Shown: in pieces, positions 1 to 12,385 of the stretch
How positions within the stretch are numbered: the first letter of the stretch is position 1
How the letters are laid out: every line of letters starts with the position of its first letter
From: Octopus vulgaris
Taxonomy: Eukaryota
Direction: 5' to 3'
Length of the DNA: 64,000 bases
Assembly: GCA_951406725.2 (NCBI GenBank)
Contig: OX597814.1
Location: 103,292,001-103,356,000 of the forward strand
Position numbers and translations under genes: made by a program
Notes under the pieces: generated by a model
Seen by the model: only the letters and a program-made list of their open reading frames with translations
Told to the model about the DNA's origin: nothing
Databases searched by the model: none

Positions 1-115
1 GCTGTTTTGTTTATATAAAGAAAAGTGATGCTCGGAACTGAAATCTCATCACAGCTATGTACAGAGAGGGGGGGGGTGAGAAAGAAAGAAAGGAAGAGGC
101 AGGCAACAGAAATAG

Positions 116-205
116 TTAGGATTGTTTAGGGAAAAAATCAGAAGTGTTGAATATCTCTGGTGGATGATACTGGTCTTGAGATTTATTTCTGGCAGCGCTG
201 TGTTT
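116..205 (-). CDS. BLOC1S4: BLOC1S4 exon 5 (stop TAA at 116-118)
   Basis: Pyrimidine tract then ccag|AAA; KHSAARNKSQDQYHPPEIFNTSDFFPKQS*. Confidence 0.85.
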   Translation of the reverse strand, partial: KHSAARNKSQDQYHPPEIFNTSDFFPKQS

Positions 206-3200
206 CTGGAGAAAAGAAAAATATAAATAACATAAAACATTGATCACGATTATAATTTACACACACACACACACATGCAAATGCACACACAAACACACAC
301 ATGCAAACATATGCACACACACTCACATACACACACACACACATTGGTGTTGGTTTTATAAATCAATGATAAAGATTAACCTTTATTATAAATTACAATT
401 GATATGTTAATACAGAAATTGCCCAACTGAAAATCAGAACACTCCCCCCAAAACCTACATCTGCCATATAACTGTCGCTCTGTTGGTTATGATGATGATG
501 AGGTTCTTGTTGATCTGCCTGCTCCTGGAATGAACATGTAAGTGGCAGAACACTCTAGAAACATGTATATCCTCAACATAATTCTCAGAGAGATTCAGAA
601 TGACACAGAACACGACAATGCTGGCCCTTCAAATTTTTGCCCACATTTTTGCCAGCGGAGTGAAGTGAAGCAACATGAAATAAAGTGTTTTGCTCAAGGA
701 CACAACGCACTGCTGGGAATTGAACTCACAACCTTTCAATTATGAGCCAAATACCCTAACCATTAAACTATGCACTTTCACAATATATCCACCAAAGCTC
801 AAAGGAAATGTTACCTTTCTGTAGACAAAATTAATCCTATTTCCTAATAAAGAAGGTGGGTGCAGCCATCTGGTTTGCCAGCCCTCAGTCAAAATTGACC
901 AACCCATGCTAGCATGGAAAGCAGACGTTAAATGACAATGATGATGATGATGATGCGTGTTTCATTAAACAGTGAAAATACTGCTTCTTAATCTTTTCAA
1001 CATGTACCACTTCGTTTGCTTTGCTAACAGAAAAAACCCTGCTTGGCATTTATCATACTTGATATAATTCTACAGGATGGAAACCCACGAGCACTAAATA
1101 AATCTCATCTTGGATTCTCAACTTCTGAAGGAATTATAGGGGTGATGTTGTGACAAACTGCACACAGTTTTCTCCATCGACCAAAGTTGTGCAACAGAGC
1201 TCAGATCTCTGCAAACAATTTATCTGTCTATTCCTTGGTGATGTCTATTTTTTCCTCTGTCCACTTTTCCTTCTTGCCCCTTCTGCAGTTCTTTGAAGAA
1301 TGGTTTCCACATTGCCATTGGATCTTATATGGCATTTTCATTTCACCTTTCTTTTCTTCACCATTATAAGACTATCTTCATGGAGACCAATGTGATGCTG
1401 GATCATCATCATCATCGTTTAACGTCCGCTTTCCATGCTAGCATGGGTTGGACGATTTGACTGAGGGCTGGCGAACCAGATTCCAATCTGATCTAGCAGA
1501 GTTTCTACGGCTGGATGCCCTTCCTAACGCCAACCACTCCAAGACTGTAGTGGGTGCTTTTACGTGCCACCGGCACGAGGGCCAGTCTGGCAGTACTGGC
1601 AATAACGACGCTCAAATGGTGTTTTTTATGTGCCACCTGCACAGGAGCCAGTCCAGCGGCACTGGCAATGACCTCACTCGAATGTTTTTTTCATGTTCCA
1701 CCAGCCCAAGTGCTAGTAAGGTGATGCAGGTAATGATAACGCTCGAATGGTGTTTTTAACGTGCCATCAGCTAGATGGTCCTGCAAACCTGCTCATTGGT
1801 AATGTGGTGCAAGCACGAGAGACCTTAGATGTTGCAGTGTCAATCCTTCCAATAACTGTACCCTCCTCTCAGTGTCTGCTATGTAAGTCCATATCTCTCA
1901 TGCTGCAGAAAGATGGAAAGTACCAGAGTTCACAGAAGTGTTAGTTTGTTGTTCTCAGTTGTGTTCCTGTCCCTTCTTATTGGTTTGAGTCTGATGAGCA
2001 CAGTCATTGTCTGCAAAGTTCTTCCAACGATTTCAGCTTTTAATATTTTACCAGTAGTAATTGTTCCCAGATATTACAACTGTTGCCATATCTTTACTTC
2101 CTGTCTTTGTACAGAGATGTCTGTTAAGATGGTAACATTAATATTTGTCATGAATTTAGTGTTTACAACACTGTTTCCCATCCCAGACTTGGTGGAAGTT
2201 CTATTAAGGTGCTTGACTATTTCACTTTCCTTACCCTCACTGGCATCAACAAATCTTGAATGTTTTTCCCTCCAACACTGACTGTCGTTCACATGGTCTT
2301 CAAGAGCATTGCTTGTAATCTGTTCAATGTGGAAGAGAGGAGGTAACCCTGGAAGACTCCTATGGTGGTATGGAACTACTCTCTGATAAGACGGCAAGCT
2401 GGCAGCATCATTAGCACGCCGGGCGAAATGCTTAGCGATATTTCGTCTGCCACTACATTCTGAGTTCAAATTCCGCCAAGGTTGACTTTGCCTCTCATCC
2501 TTTCGGGGTCGATTCAATAAGTACCAGTTACGCACTGGAGTCGATATAATTGACTTAGTCCGTTTGTCTGTCCTTGTTTGTCCTCTCTGTATTTAGCCTC
2601 TTGTGGGTAGTAATGAAATAGGTATGGAACTACTCTCTGATGGTACCTTGAAAGAGTACTGCACTGGTTGCTTTAGTATAGAGATGTTGGATACAATGGC
2701 TCAACTTCTGTCCCAAGCTGAATTTCTTCATCATGACCCATAGAGCATTATGTCACACTATCAAACACCTACCTAAAATCTATAAAGACATGGTGGATTT
2801 CCTTTTGGTGTTGAAGGAATTTATCATAGAGGGGCTAGAATATCTCCTCAGCAGTGTTTTTACTTTTAGGGAAACCTACTTGTCTCTTGGCTATGGTTTC
2901 TTCTTCCTAGGGTCACATTATTTTCCAAGTGAGTCTGAGTGTTTCTTTACTTGCATGGCTGATAATATTAATGGTGTGGTAATTTTGGTCTGTCTTCCTC
3001 AGAAAATGTTATGATCAGTGACAGAGTTGGCCAGTCACTAACCTGACAGATTTTGTTGCAGAAGGTCTTACGGCTGCCTCTTGTGCTTTCATCGTTTGTA
3101 TTTCAGTAGGGATGTTGTTAACTTCTATTGATTTTTAAACTTGTCAGAGACCTTGCTACCGATTTAACTTGCTTTCACATGGCTCAATAGTCATCAGCAT

Positions 3201-4111
3201 TGGAAGGGTCCTCTCGGTTGGACAGGTTTAGATTTTCATTGTTCCACTTCTGGACCACACTACTTTGCTTTGAATACAAAAAATGTTAGACACAAAAAAA
3301 AAAAGGAGAAAACCATTGATGCTGCTCCAGCATTGGCTGAATGATGTTATTTAAACTAACCAAGATACATTAATCATGAAAATATGATTAAAAATTAATT
3401 GAAACTTACTGGACTAACAAGAGAGGTAATCATCTTCTTGATGCCGCTGAAAGAACCCATCTTTGCTTCGGCTTTGTTCACTTGCTCTTCCATCAAACTG
3501 ACATTTTTCGAAACAATTGTTACTAATTCCTGCAAAATGTTAAGAGAGAGAGAGAGAAATGGGAATAATTAATGACTTTCTCTTCTAACAAAATAAGATG
3601 CCAACATGACAGATTATTTATGACAGACACGTTTATGTTATTGGTGTTTTGATTTTGGCCCCTGAGCCTTTCGCTTTAAATTAGCAATTTTATATTTGGG
3701 TCACATCTACAGCCATGTTACAAAGTATTTAGCTGTGTTATGTAGAAGCTGAGGATAACAGCCAGCCTCTTTCCTGCTCTTTCTTGTCACCATCATCATT
3801 TAATGTCAACTTTCATGCCAGCCAACAAGCCAGAGGAATGCTATGAAGCTTTATCGTCTGCTTTGGCACAGTTTCTATGGCTGGATGCTCTTCTGAATAC
3901 CAACCATTCTACAGGGTGGACTGAGTGCTTTTTATGTGGAACCAGCACCAGTGAAGTCACCAGGTGACTTAAAAGACATAAGACCCACTCAATTAGGAGG
4001 GACAGTAATATGAGAGGAAGGTGGCTTTGTGTCAGTTGAGGAGGGGTTGAAGTATAATGGGGAGATATAGGTTGGTATCTTGCTGAAGAGAAGATACATG
4101 GCTACTCCAAT

Positions 4112-4161
<50 letters not shown>

Positions 4162-5797
4162 AGGTGGAGATGTGTCCAGATAAACCCTTAAGGTAAAGTA
4201 GGGAGAGAATTGGACAGGGTGAGTGGGCAGGGATGATAGAGGGGGAAGTTTCATAAGAGTGTGAGGAGAGGTGGTTAGAGATGGGGTAGGGGAGGCATGT
4301 TGCACTATACAAGAATGGTTGGGACTTCTTAGAGTGGAGCTGAAAAGAGAAATAAGGATGAGGGTAACAGAAAGAATCATCAAGGTATAAGAAGTTGAAG
4401 GGAAGAGAGGGTGAGGATGGAAGAGCCTGGAGGTTTCAAGAGTGTCTCTATAGAAAGAGGATTAGGGATTAGGAATTAAGGAGAAAAGAAAGATTAACAA
4501 CATACCTCAAGTTGATCAATTTTAACAAATAATCGTTGCATCTCACTGGCTTTCACTTCAATCTCTGGCATAGTTTTATATAAACATAATGTTGTGTCTC
4601 CTCGAATCTTTATTAAAAGAAAAAAAATGATATTTTTGACATTTTTAATAACATTTTCACTTCTATTTTAAATAATATTCAAAAATTAAAGGAAACAAAA
4701 CCACCATTTACACCAGTAACGTTGAATGGTCACTGAAGGATGACCAAAATATGACATAACCAATAGCTCAAAGGACCATCATTATGACATACATTTAAGT
4801 CAGTGGTTGTCAAGCCAGGTCCACATGGCCTTTGAGGGGGGTGGTCCATATAAGATTCAGTTGTTAAAACTTATGAACAACAAATCGATTGTACTTCTGC
4901 AATATGCAAAACATTTTAACAAGATTTTTATACAACATCTAATAATATTTAATGCTTAATATTTAAACATACAAAAACATAAGGATTTTTTAAAACATCA
5001 AATGGCTATGAAGGTCCACCAGAGTAAAACAGGAAGCCAAGGGGTCCACAGACAAAAAATGGTTGAGAACCACTGATTTCTTTTTTTGAAGTACATTTCC
5101 TTTATTTCAATTAATTTTGAAAATAATGTAGAATTTAGTAAAATGACTTTGGTCATTAATTAAGATGGTATTTGGAACATCAATTAACACGAAATATTGA
5201 AGGAAGGTTTTAGATCACTTTAAAACAAGGAAATTTGTGTCACAGGATGAAGAATGGTCTCTGGCAGGCTGGTATCAAAGAGCTTACTTCATCACACGAC
5301 CGATGTATTTTTTACATTTAATATATGAACATGACATACAGTTAATACATCAAATGACTAATATATTGTATGTGTTGTTTTGGTAAGTTACTATTCCAAT
5401 CTTGAGTTCTGTTATGGTGGAATTAGGTATCGAGTTATTTAAAATAAGTTTTTCAATCTCTATAACAATGTTGGATATCAAGCTGAATAAGAGCTGAACA
5501 ATGCTACTCCTATACTGGCTGTTGTTGTTGCTGTCACAAGAGGGGAAGGACAGTAGCTACACTCTTATCAGATCCACCTGACAGATGGAGCTGATGGTCA
5601 ACTTGAATATTTAAAAGACAGGGTTTGTAGGCAAACATGGATAAGGTTGCTAAGGGTTCTGAGGAAGAAGAATCGAGTGTTTAGTTGGAGGAGTTTTAGA
5701 ACAGCAGTGAATGGGAGGAGGAGACACAGCAAGGGCGACAAAGATGAAGAGAATATAGAGCTAGCTTGTTTAGAACAAAAGAGAATGTTATTGTAAT

Positions 5798-5879
<82 letters not shown>

Positions 5880-8800
5880 TATGTCAGTTAACTAGATGTT
5901 AATCAATAAATCTTTGTTGATTAGTTGAACAGAAATGTGCCACAGGTCTTCACAAGTAGAGTTTTGTGTCCCAAGAAGGAAAGGTATGCATAAGTGGACT
6001 GGCTACATCCCAGGTAGAGGCCACGGGTTATGGTCTCACTTGTCCTGCCAGGTCTTCTCACGCACAGCATACTTCCAAAGGTCTCAGTCTTTAGTCATTT
6101 CCTTGGTGAGACCTAAAGTTCGAAGGTCGTGCTTCACCACCTCGTCCCAGGTTTTCCTGGGTCTACCTCTTCCAAAGGTTCCCTCAACTGCTAGGGTGTG
6201 TCACTTTTTCACACAATTCCATTCTCGCCACATGACCATACCAGCACAAATGTCTCTCTTGCACACCACAACTGATGCTTCTTAGGTCCAACTTTTCTCT
6301 GTAGCTACTTACACTCTGTCGAGTATCGTGTGCATATTATAAACACACCAACCATTGACTCCTTACATCTCTTGATTGTACAAATCTACCGCTGGCTAAC
6401 AGCAACAGCATATTTATGACAGCCATCACTCTTCTAAATAGTTTGACTATCTGGATATTAAGAAGGAAGGGACAGGAAAATACAAGATTTGAATAAAAGA
6501 AACTTTATCTTTGCTTTGTTTCCCTAATTCAACAATAACAATCTGAAAGCGAAAAAACATTCTAAATTTCTTATAAAGAAACAGTGTCAATGAGAGCAAA
6601 TCATTTAAATATTTCTTAAAGTATGAACAGAATCTGGTGGTTGAAGTTATCTTACAGATTTGTTTCCCTTACATCATCATTATAAAACCACGAAAGAAAA
6701 AAAATTTTAGTGATTTACAACTCTCATGTGATGTGAAAAGAGGCTGCTTTCAGTTTCCCAAATTCACTCACAAAGCTTTGCCCAACAAAGAGCTATAATA
6801 TAAGACTCTTTCCTAAAGTGTCATGTATTGGGACTGAATCTCAAACCAGGTAATTGGGAGAAGCAAACTTCTTGACCATACAACCATCTCTGTGCTTTTA
6901 AATCAGTGAAAATTTGCTGCGTGTGTAGTTTCCCATAATCTGTCTGTCCTTGTTAATCTCAATACCAGCAATTTCACTAGTTTTCTATCATTAACCTTCT
7001 TGTACAAAACCAACAAAAGTAGAAGCAATTTGCCAGGTATAGACTTGTGCTGCCACTATAAACAATGACTGTTACATATCTTACCATATCAACAAGTCCA
7101 CAGAACTCATCCAGTTTTGTTAGCATTTCTTCAATACTCTCAGCAAAATGAGTTTTCTGGAAAATAACAAGATTTTACAGGAGTTAGCTTAACACTGGTA
7201 TTAACTGTCAGCCATGCACCACTCCACATATCATATTTGTTTTAACTATGAGATATTTTACTGAAATGTGGTTTTACATTTTAATTTCAATTCTTTTTTA
7301 CCAAAATATACTTTTATTATTATATGGATGTTATCTTTTCAATTTCGTTCCCCTCTTCACATTCTAGCATGACCTGAGCATCTGTAGATATCATGTGACG
7401 GCAAATAGGTAGTATCATCAATAGGTGTAAAAATAGTTCCAGTGTGAGATGAAATGGCTAAATTCTAGAAGAACAATGAGTACTTGACATTTCCACTGCC
7501 ATTAAACAACTTACAATGTCCAACAACTGAATATGGGGGACAAACAGAAAATTCCTGCTGAATTTGGAATGCCACCATTTTAACAATGATACCAACCAAA
7601 GACTAATAACACCAGTAAAACCAAAAAAAAAAAATAATAATAATAAAAACATCTGCACCAATAAAGCTATTCTATGATGAAATTTTTGTTCACCAACATG
7701 TGACAATCACCACAGATGAAGTCTACGCTGCTACAACAACAATTCTTAACAAGTTGTGTTCCACCATCACTCTCCTCCCTCCCCTTCCCCACAACTGCAT
7801 CCCTCTCCCTTCGCCAGACGTTATTATAACAGTAACTTTATAGAGGGAGACTGTAAGTGGTCAAACGACCTGCTAGAAATAGCAACCAAATCTTTCTTAA
7901 ATCCTGTCTTTTTATTTTAAATGAGGACAAGGTACATTCAATATTGTATTTCTAGACAGAGCAGTCACAACTAGACAGCCTTTTATCACAGATCTGCTTT
8001 ATCAGGCTTAACTTAGTGGACTAAGCGACATGACTTGGATCCCTTTGTAGAAATATTTGTTTAAGACACATTAGCGAGTCACCAATGAGGTCAGCTGGAT
8101 TAAGAGGGAAAAGGGACGGTACTTCGTTACTTATATTGTCAAAATAAAGTATTTTTGGCAATCGTTCGGTATTGGTCTATTTCGTGTCGGTATGAGGAAA
8201 CATCCTCGTTTGCAGCCAAGCCTTTTTTATTTATGCTATGAGGGAAGGTTGTGTGGGTGAATGATGTCTACCAATACCGAAGGATTGTCTATTTTTAATT
8301 ACTGTTGCCCCATCTGTTTAATTTTTAAAAACACTATAGCTATTATTGATTGCTGTCATAAGTGAGGTTGTCCACTACTCCTGTTTTTCATTCCTCTAAG
8401 CGCCAACAAATTAAGTTTTAAGGATCATTAAATCGAATTATATTCCTTCCCAAAATTCGTGACTTTAATGGGTGGTGGGTGGCAGACTCGGTAGAGTACT
8501 GAGCAGTGTTTAGAAAGCCTCGGTACTGAGATCGATTCGAGAGGAATGTTTACCTGTTCCTTACAAACGTGAGACCCAAGTACCAAAGTTAGAACTCACC
8601 ATTGTTGCAGTGGTGTCTGAGATCGATTTAATTAATTGCAACCCAACCCCAGAAACGAGTAGTTTTGTAGAAAACTTGAATAAAACTATTATTAGTGATG
8701 AGTGAATAACAAAGAGAAAATGGTTGGCAGATGAGGATGTAAGAACTGTCGAACAAGCGTAGCACGTTGTTTATTTAGGTTTGTTCGTTGTTTTGGTTCC

Positions 8801-9464
8801 AAATTCAAGCTCCATCACCTTGATTCTACCTTTCGGACCTCCACACTCAATCAAACATCGATAAACGAATTTTTAATTCAAATAATTGCAGGTGCCATCA
8901 CTATTAAAGTTGGCTTGGCAGTAAGTTAAAAATTATCATCATTATCATCATTATAAGGTGAAATAAATCCAGATTCCAAGATTATATCAATCAAATGTGA
9001 TCAAAATATACACCCGATGAATATATTAAGCATAAACTGATTTCAAGCTCCTGTTGTTTATATCGGGGACTTCAACAATTGCAACAACAAAAAAATTAAT
9101 TAAATTAAATTAAACATAAAAATCGATGACCAATATTAAAGCAGATAACTTAAAAACAGCCGATTATAACAACAGAAAATATATATAATAATATCTAAAC
9201 AATGATATGAGATATTTGTGGTCAGCTGAGAAAATATTTGAGAAAAGAAGGCGGAAACCTGAAAGAGAAATATTTGAACGGAAAAGAGAGAGGTGTGTAT
9301 ACTTCGAGTGAACAATCGACTTTGAGGTATTCCACATAATCGGATATTAATTGTTCTGTAAAGACTGTCGAAGGGGTTTCTTTAATTGTTGTTGATGTTG
9401 TTGTGCCGCCGGTGCCGCCGCCGCCGCCCGGCTCCGCCTCCGACGATGTTGTTTGCGACGACAT
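116..9464 (-). CDS. BLOC1S4: BLOC-1 complex subunit 4 (cappuccino homolog), complete 5-exon CDS, 181 aa
   Basis: Exons 9464-9303, 7156-7085, 4607-4506, 3529-3410 and 205-116; all introns GT-AG and phase 0. Translation MSSQTT...YLKVDCSLE/KTHFAESIEEMLTKLDEFCGLVDM/IRGDTTLCLYKTMPEI...KIDQLE/ELVTIVSKNVSLMEEQVNKAE.../...YHPPEIFNTSDFFPKQS* matches cappuccino motifs (EEMLxxLDEFxxxxDMIR; C-terminal YxxPxxFxTxDxF). Confidence 0.88.
1402..1770 (-). mobile_element. RTE-LINE 3' tail / derived SINE with about 4 internal tandem units and a (GAT)n end
   Basis: Shared core GGTTGGCGTTAGGAAGGGCATCCAGC...CCATGCTAGCATGGAAAGCGGACGTTAAACGATGATG. About 30 related copies counted by eye, e.g. 855-955, 11685-11990, 16735-17010, 17310-17523, 18820-19390, 23315-23495, 32015-32215, 38550-38805, 39380-39550, 41460-41850, 44040-44560, 45597-46180, 57870-58050, 59840-59960. 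Confidence 0.8.
1775..3060 (-). mobile_element. Degenerate RTE-clade LINE reverse transcriptase fragment, interrupted by a SINE
   Basis: Minus-strand remnants such as PINIISHASK, QVGF and HHVFIDF with many stops; boundaries approximate. Confidence 0.55.
2388..2620 (+). mobile_element. Full-length tRNA-derived SINE (MetaSINE-like central domain) with 21-bp target site duplication
   Basis: A-box-like AGCTGGCAG, B-box GAGTTCAAATTCC, central GCCT(C/T)TCATCCTTTCGGGGTCGAT; TSD GGTATGGAACTACTCTCTGAT at 2367-2387 and 2621-2641. Confidence 0.85.
3410..3529 (-). CDS. BLOC1S4: BLOC1S4 exon 4
   Basis: gcag|GAA...CCA|gtaagt; coiled-coil-like ELVTIVSKNVSLMEEQVNKAEAKMGS. Confidence 0.88.
4506..4607 (-). 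CDS. BLOC1S4: BLOC1S4 exon 3
   Basis: aag|ATT...GAG|gtatgt; IRGDTTLCLYKTMPEIEVKASEMQRLFVKIDQLE. Confidence 0.88.
4801..5075. mobile_element. hAT-like MITE
   Basis: Terminal inverted repeats CAGTGGTTGTCAA...TTGAGAACCACTG with subterminal GGGGTCCA motifs; TSD not clean. Confidence 0.65.
5803..5875. repeat. (GA)n microsatellite
   Basis: Long perfect GA run. Others: (CA)n about 259-343, (GA)n about 4116-4155, (TA/CA)-rich 16620-16730 and 17010-17105. Confidence 0.95.
5935..6330 (-). mobile_element. RTE LINE C-terminal fragment
   Basis: Minus strand encodes GRGRPRKTWDEVVKHDLRTLGLT; the same segment recurs at 46040-46180 and 61940-62060. Confidence 0.75.
7085..7156 (-). CDS. BLOC1S4: BLOC1S4 exon 2
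   Basis: ccag|AAA...ATG|gtaaga; KTHFAESIEEMLTKLDEFCGLVDM. Confidence 0.9.
9303..9464 (-). CDS. BLOC1S4: BLOC1S4 exon 1 (ATG at 9464; Gly/Thr-rich N-terminus)
   Basis: CpG-rich; donor GAA|gtatac; 162 nt. Confidence 0.8.
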
Positions 9465-9769
9465 AACCACGACCACCACTTAAACTGTACTCCAGGCCAA
9501 GAAGAGTTACACACATACACAGCGACTAATTAACTCCACGTCAGAAGAGTTACACATGGCGACTGCTTCATTCATCTTCTGTCGATTTCTTTTTAAACAA
9601 TCAATCTCTCTCTCCGTCTAAACGCTCGTAATTCCAGTCACATTTAGGATGGTTCATATTTATATTCAGTCTTTTCCAGTATATCACTGGAAATATATTT
9701 TACTGACCCCAGAACGATGTAATCATCGTTCTTAGAGCAATAAATAAATGTCCTCCACACATACAGACT

Positions 9770-9945
9770 TAGCTCGAAATGCGTAGCCGTATTTCGTCTG
9801 CCGCTACGTTCTGAGTTCAAATTCCGCCGAGGTCGACTTTGCCTTTCATCCTTTTTGGGGTCGATAAATTAAGTACCAGTTATGCACTGGGGTCGATATA
9901 ATCTTTGTCTGTCCTTGTTTGTCCCCTCTGTGTGTAGAAAAGAAA
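9770..9945 (+). mobile_element. MetaSINE-like SINE copy upstream of BLOC1S4
   Basis: Near-identical to 2388-2620, with CpGs retained. Confidence 0.8.
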
Positions 9946-12009
9946 TGATCATTATAGAATAAATTCTTACTAACACCAATCAGTTCTTTCTTTTTTAATC
10001 CCAAACCAGAATGAATCAAACAGACCCATAATCAATGGCCTTCTGGCTGTAATCATCCCATTTTTTAATGAATTTATAATCAGTCATAGAGTGTCTGGAA
10101 CTGCATCATCCAATGTGTCCTGTTTTTAAGGTGACAGTGAGATCTGAGAGATATTTGCCTGCCATTTCTAGGAGGTCACTTGTTTGTGTGTCTAAGATAT
10201 CTACTTTACCTTTGTTCCAGCTGACTATAAAATGCTTCTTCATCCATTATTGGCTACAATACATACCTGTGCAACCTAATTAACTATGCAGGTGACTCTG
10301 CCATTTCCCACTCTGTAAGATTTCCAAGCATCTCCAGGGGGGTTCTTAATGGACCAGGGGGCTTTCCTTTTCTTCAGATTCTTAATTGCTTTATCTCCCA
10401 TACTACTTCCAAGTTGGAAAGCTGGTCCTACAGTTGAGACCAGCTATCCAAGTTGACAGTCGAATGCTAACGAGACCCTCTTTCTCCATGTTTAATAGTC
10501 CTTTCAAGTAGCCCTTCTATGCTGTTTTCTTTTCAGAAGCCCTCAATAGGTTGCTTTGAGTCCAGTTCTTCTCTAAGTTATATGTCTCTATCTCCTGCTT
10601 TTCATCCGTATTTATTTTTATTTATGAGGAATTGGTTGACAGTAACTGTGAAGTTTCAATTAACATGCTGTCATCAAACTTTATATATACTGTTTTTGGC
10701 AAGGATGCCTCCATTTGGTTGGTGGAGCAACACATATGAAAACAACCACTTACTCCTCACCTAAAATGCATTACTCCACCCATTAAAAGCAGTATGCCTT
10801 TCCTGCCACCAACCCAGGCATGTTTTTAAGTAAGGTAATATTTCCCTATGACTAGACATGCTTATGTAGAATACTGGAAATGAATGGCACTGCTTGTATG
10901 ACTGTAACACTCTTCTACAATTACCATGTGATGTCAAGACAAAACACATACATACAAACACACACACATATATCATCATCACTTAATGTCCATTTTCCAT
11001 GCTGGCATAGGTTACATGATTCGACAGGAGCTGGAAAGACTAGGGGCCACACCAGGTGCCATTGTCTGTTTTGGCTTGATTTCTACAAAGCTGGAATGCC
11101 AAGCACTTTACAGAGTGTACTGAGTGCTTTTTATGTGGCACCACCATATGAACACAGAAGACTGAAGAATTATACATTTTAATTAGCTTATATGCAGGGA
11201 TTACATAATTCTGCAATCAATCATGTATATTAATCAATTAATATGCATGATTAATAAATTGCAGGATTATGTAATACTAGCCTATCTGAAATGTTTGTAA
11301 GCTGATTAAAATAATTCTTCATTCTTTTGCATTTTTGTACTACACTCTGTGATGTTATACTGAATTTATTCAGCTTATAAACTTTAGATTTACAAATTGG
11401 ACATGTAGTAACATGTAAATTTATGTGCTGTGTGGATTACGATGATTTTCACTGGTCAATTTGATTAGCAAGATTTGACTCCTATAGATTGCCTAAAAAG
11501 CATTCACCTGGATTTCTAATCCCTTTCTCTTGCATATGTGTGTGTGTATATATATATATATGTGAGATGACGAATGTTCATTCTGATTGAACTAGTACTT
11601 TCATGCATTAAATTCTGCAATCTTCAGGTTCATGTAGTAGTGGTGACAGTCATATATATATATATATCTGATAGTCCCACCAGACTGGTTCCTGTGCTGG
11701 TGGTACATAAAATGTACCATATGAACATGGCTGATGCCAGACCCACTGGACAGGCTCCCGTGCCGGTGGCATGTAAAGAGCACCATTCGAGCATGGTCAA
11801 TACTAGTACTGCCTGACTGGCTTCTGTACTGGTGGCATGTAAAATGCATCCACTACACTCTCGGAGTGGTATACAGCTGCAGAAACTTTGCCAGATCAGA
11901 GTGGAACCTGGCACAGCCTTCTGGCTTGCCAGTCCTCAGTCAAATTGTCCAACCCATACCAGCATGGAAAGCAGACGTTAGACGATGATTATATATATAT
12001 ATATATATA

Positions 12010-12385
12010 TAGGTATAATTGTGTGGTTAAGATGTTCGCTTCCCAACCATGTAGGCTTGGGTTCAGTCCCACTGCATAGCACCTTAAGCAAGTGTCTTCT
12101 ATCAGAGGGCCAACCAAGGCCTTACTGTAAGTTTTGGTAAGATGTAAACTGAAAACCCATTGTGTATGTGTGATGACTTTGTGTGACAATTATAGACAAG
12201 CATCACTGCCATACCTGTGATATTCATTTCCAGTCTTCCATGGAAAGCATGTCTGGTCATGTGACCTTATTTGAAACAGGGTCATGGTTGGCTACAGGAA
12301 GGCCATCCAGCAATAGAAAATCTGCCTCACCAAATTTTTCCTGACCCATGCAAGCATGGAAAAGTGAATATTAAATGATAATTGT
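12010..12385 (+). mobile_element. tRNA-derived CORE-like SINE with RTE-type tail
   Basis: GTGTGGTTAAG...GGGTTCAGTCCCACTG...CACCTT.AGCAAGTGTCTTCT...AACTGAAA. Related copies near 32250-32390, 36805-37090, 48220-48320, 6745-6890 (-), 52450-52565 (-), 53060-53700. Confidence 0.7.

Noticed and set aside
1448-1759. Recurrent ORFs containing LQLDALPNANHSESVVGAF (also 16768, 18937, 23312, 35046, 38442, 44358, 57888)
   Set aside because: Antisense translations of the RTE tail repeat, not a protein family; frames and starts are inconsistent between copies.
2388-2480. tRNA genes suggested by A/B boxes (also 9770, 12020, 48230, 54720)
   Set aside because: These are SINE heads; no complete cloverleaf could be formed and they continue into repeat bodies.
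9465-9479. ORF-track start for BLOC1S4 (MVVVV...)
   Set aside because: It is a GTG codon; the first ATG is at 9464.
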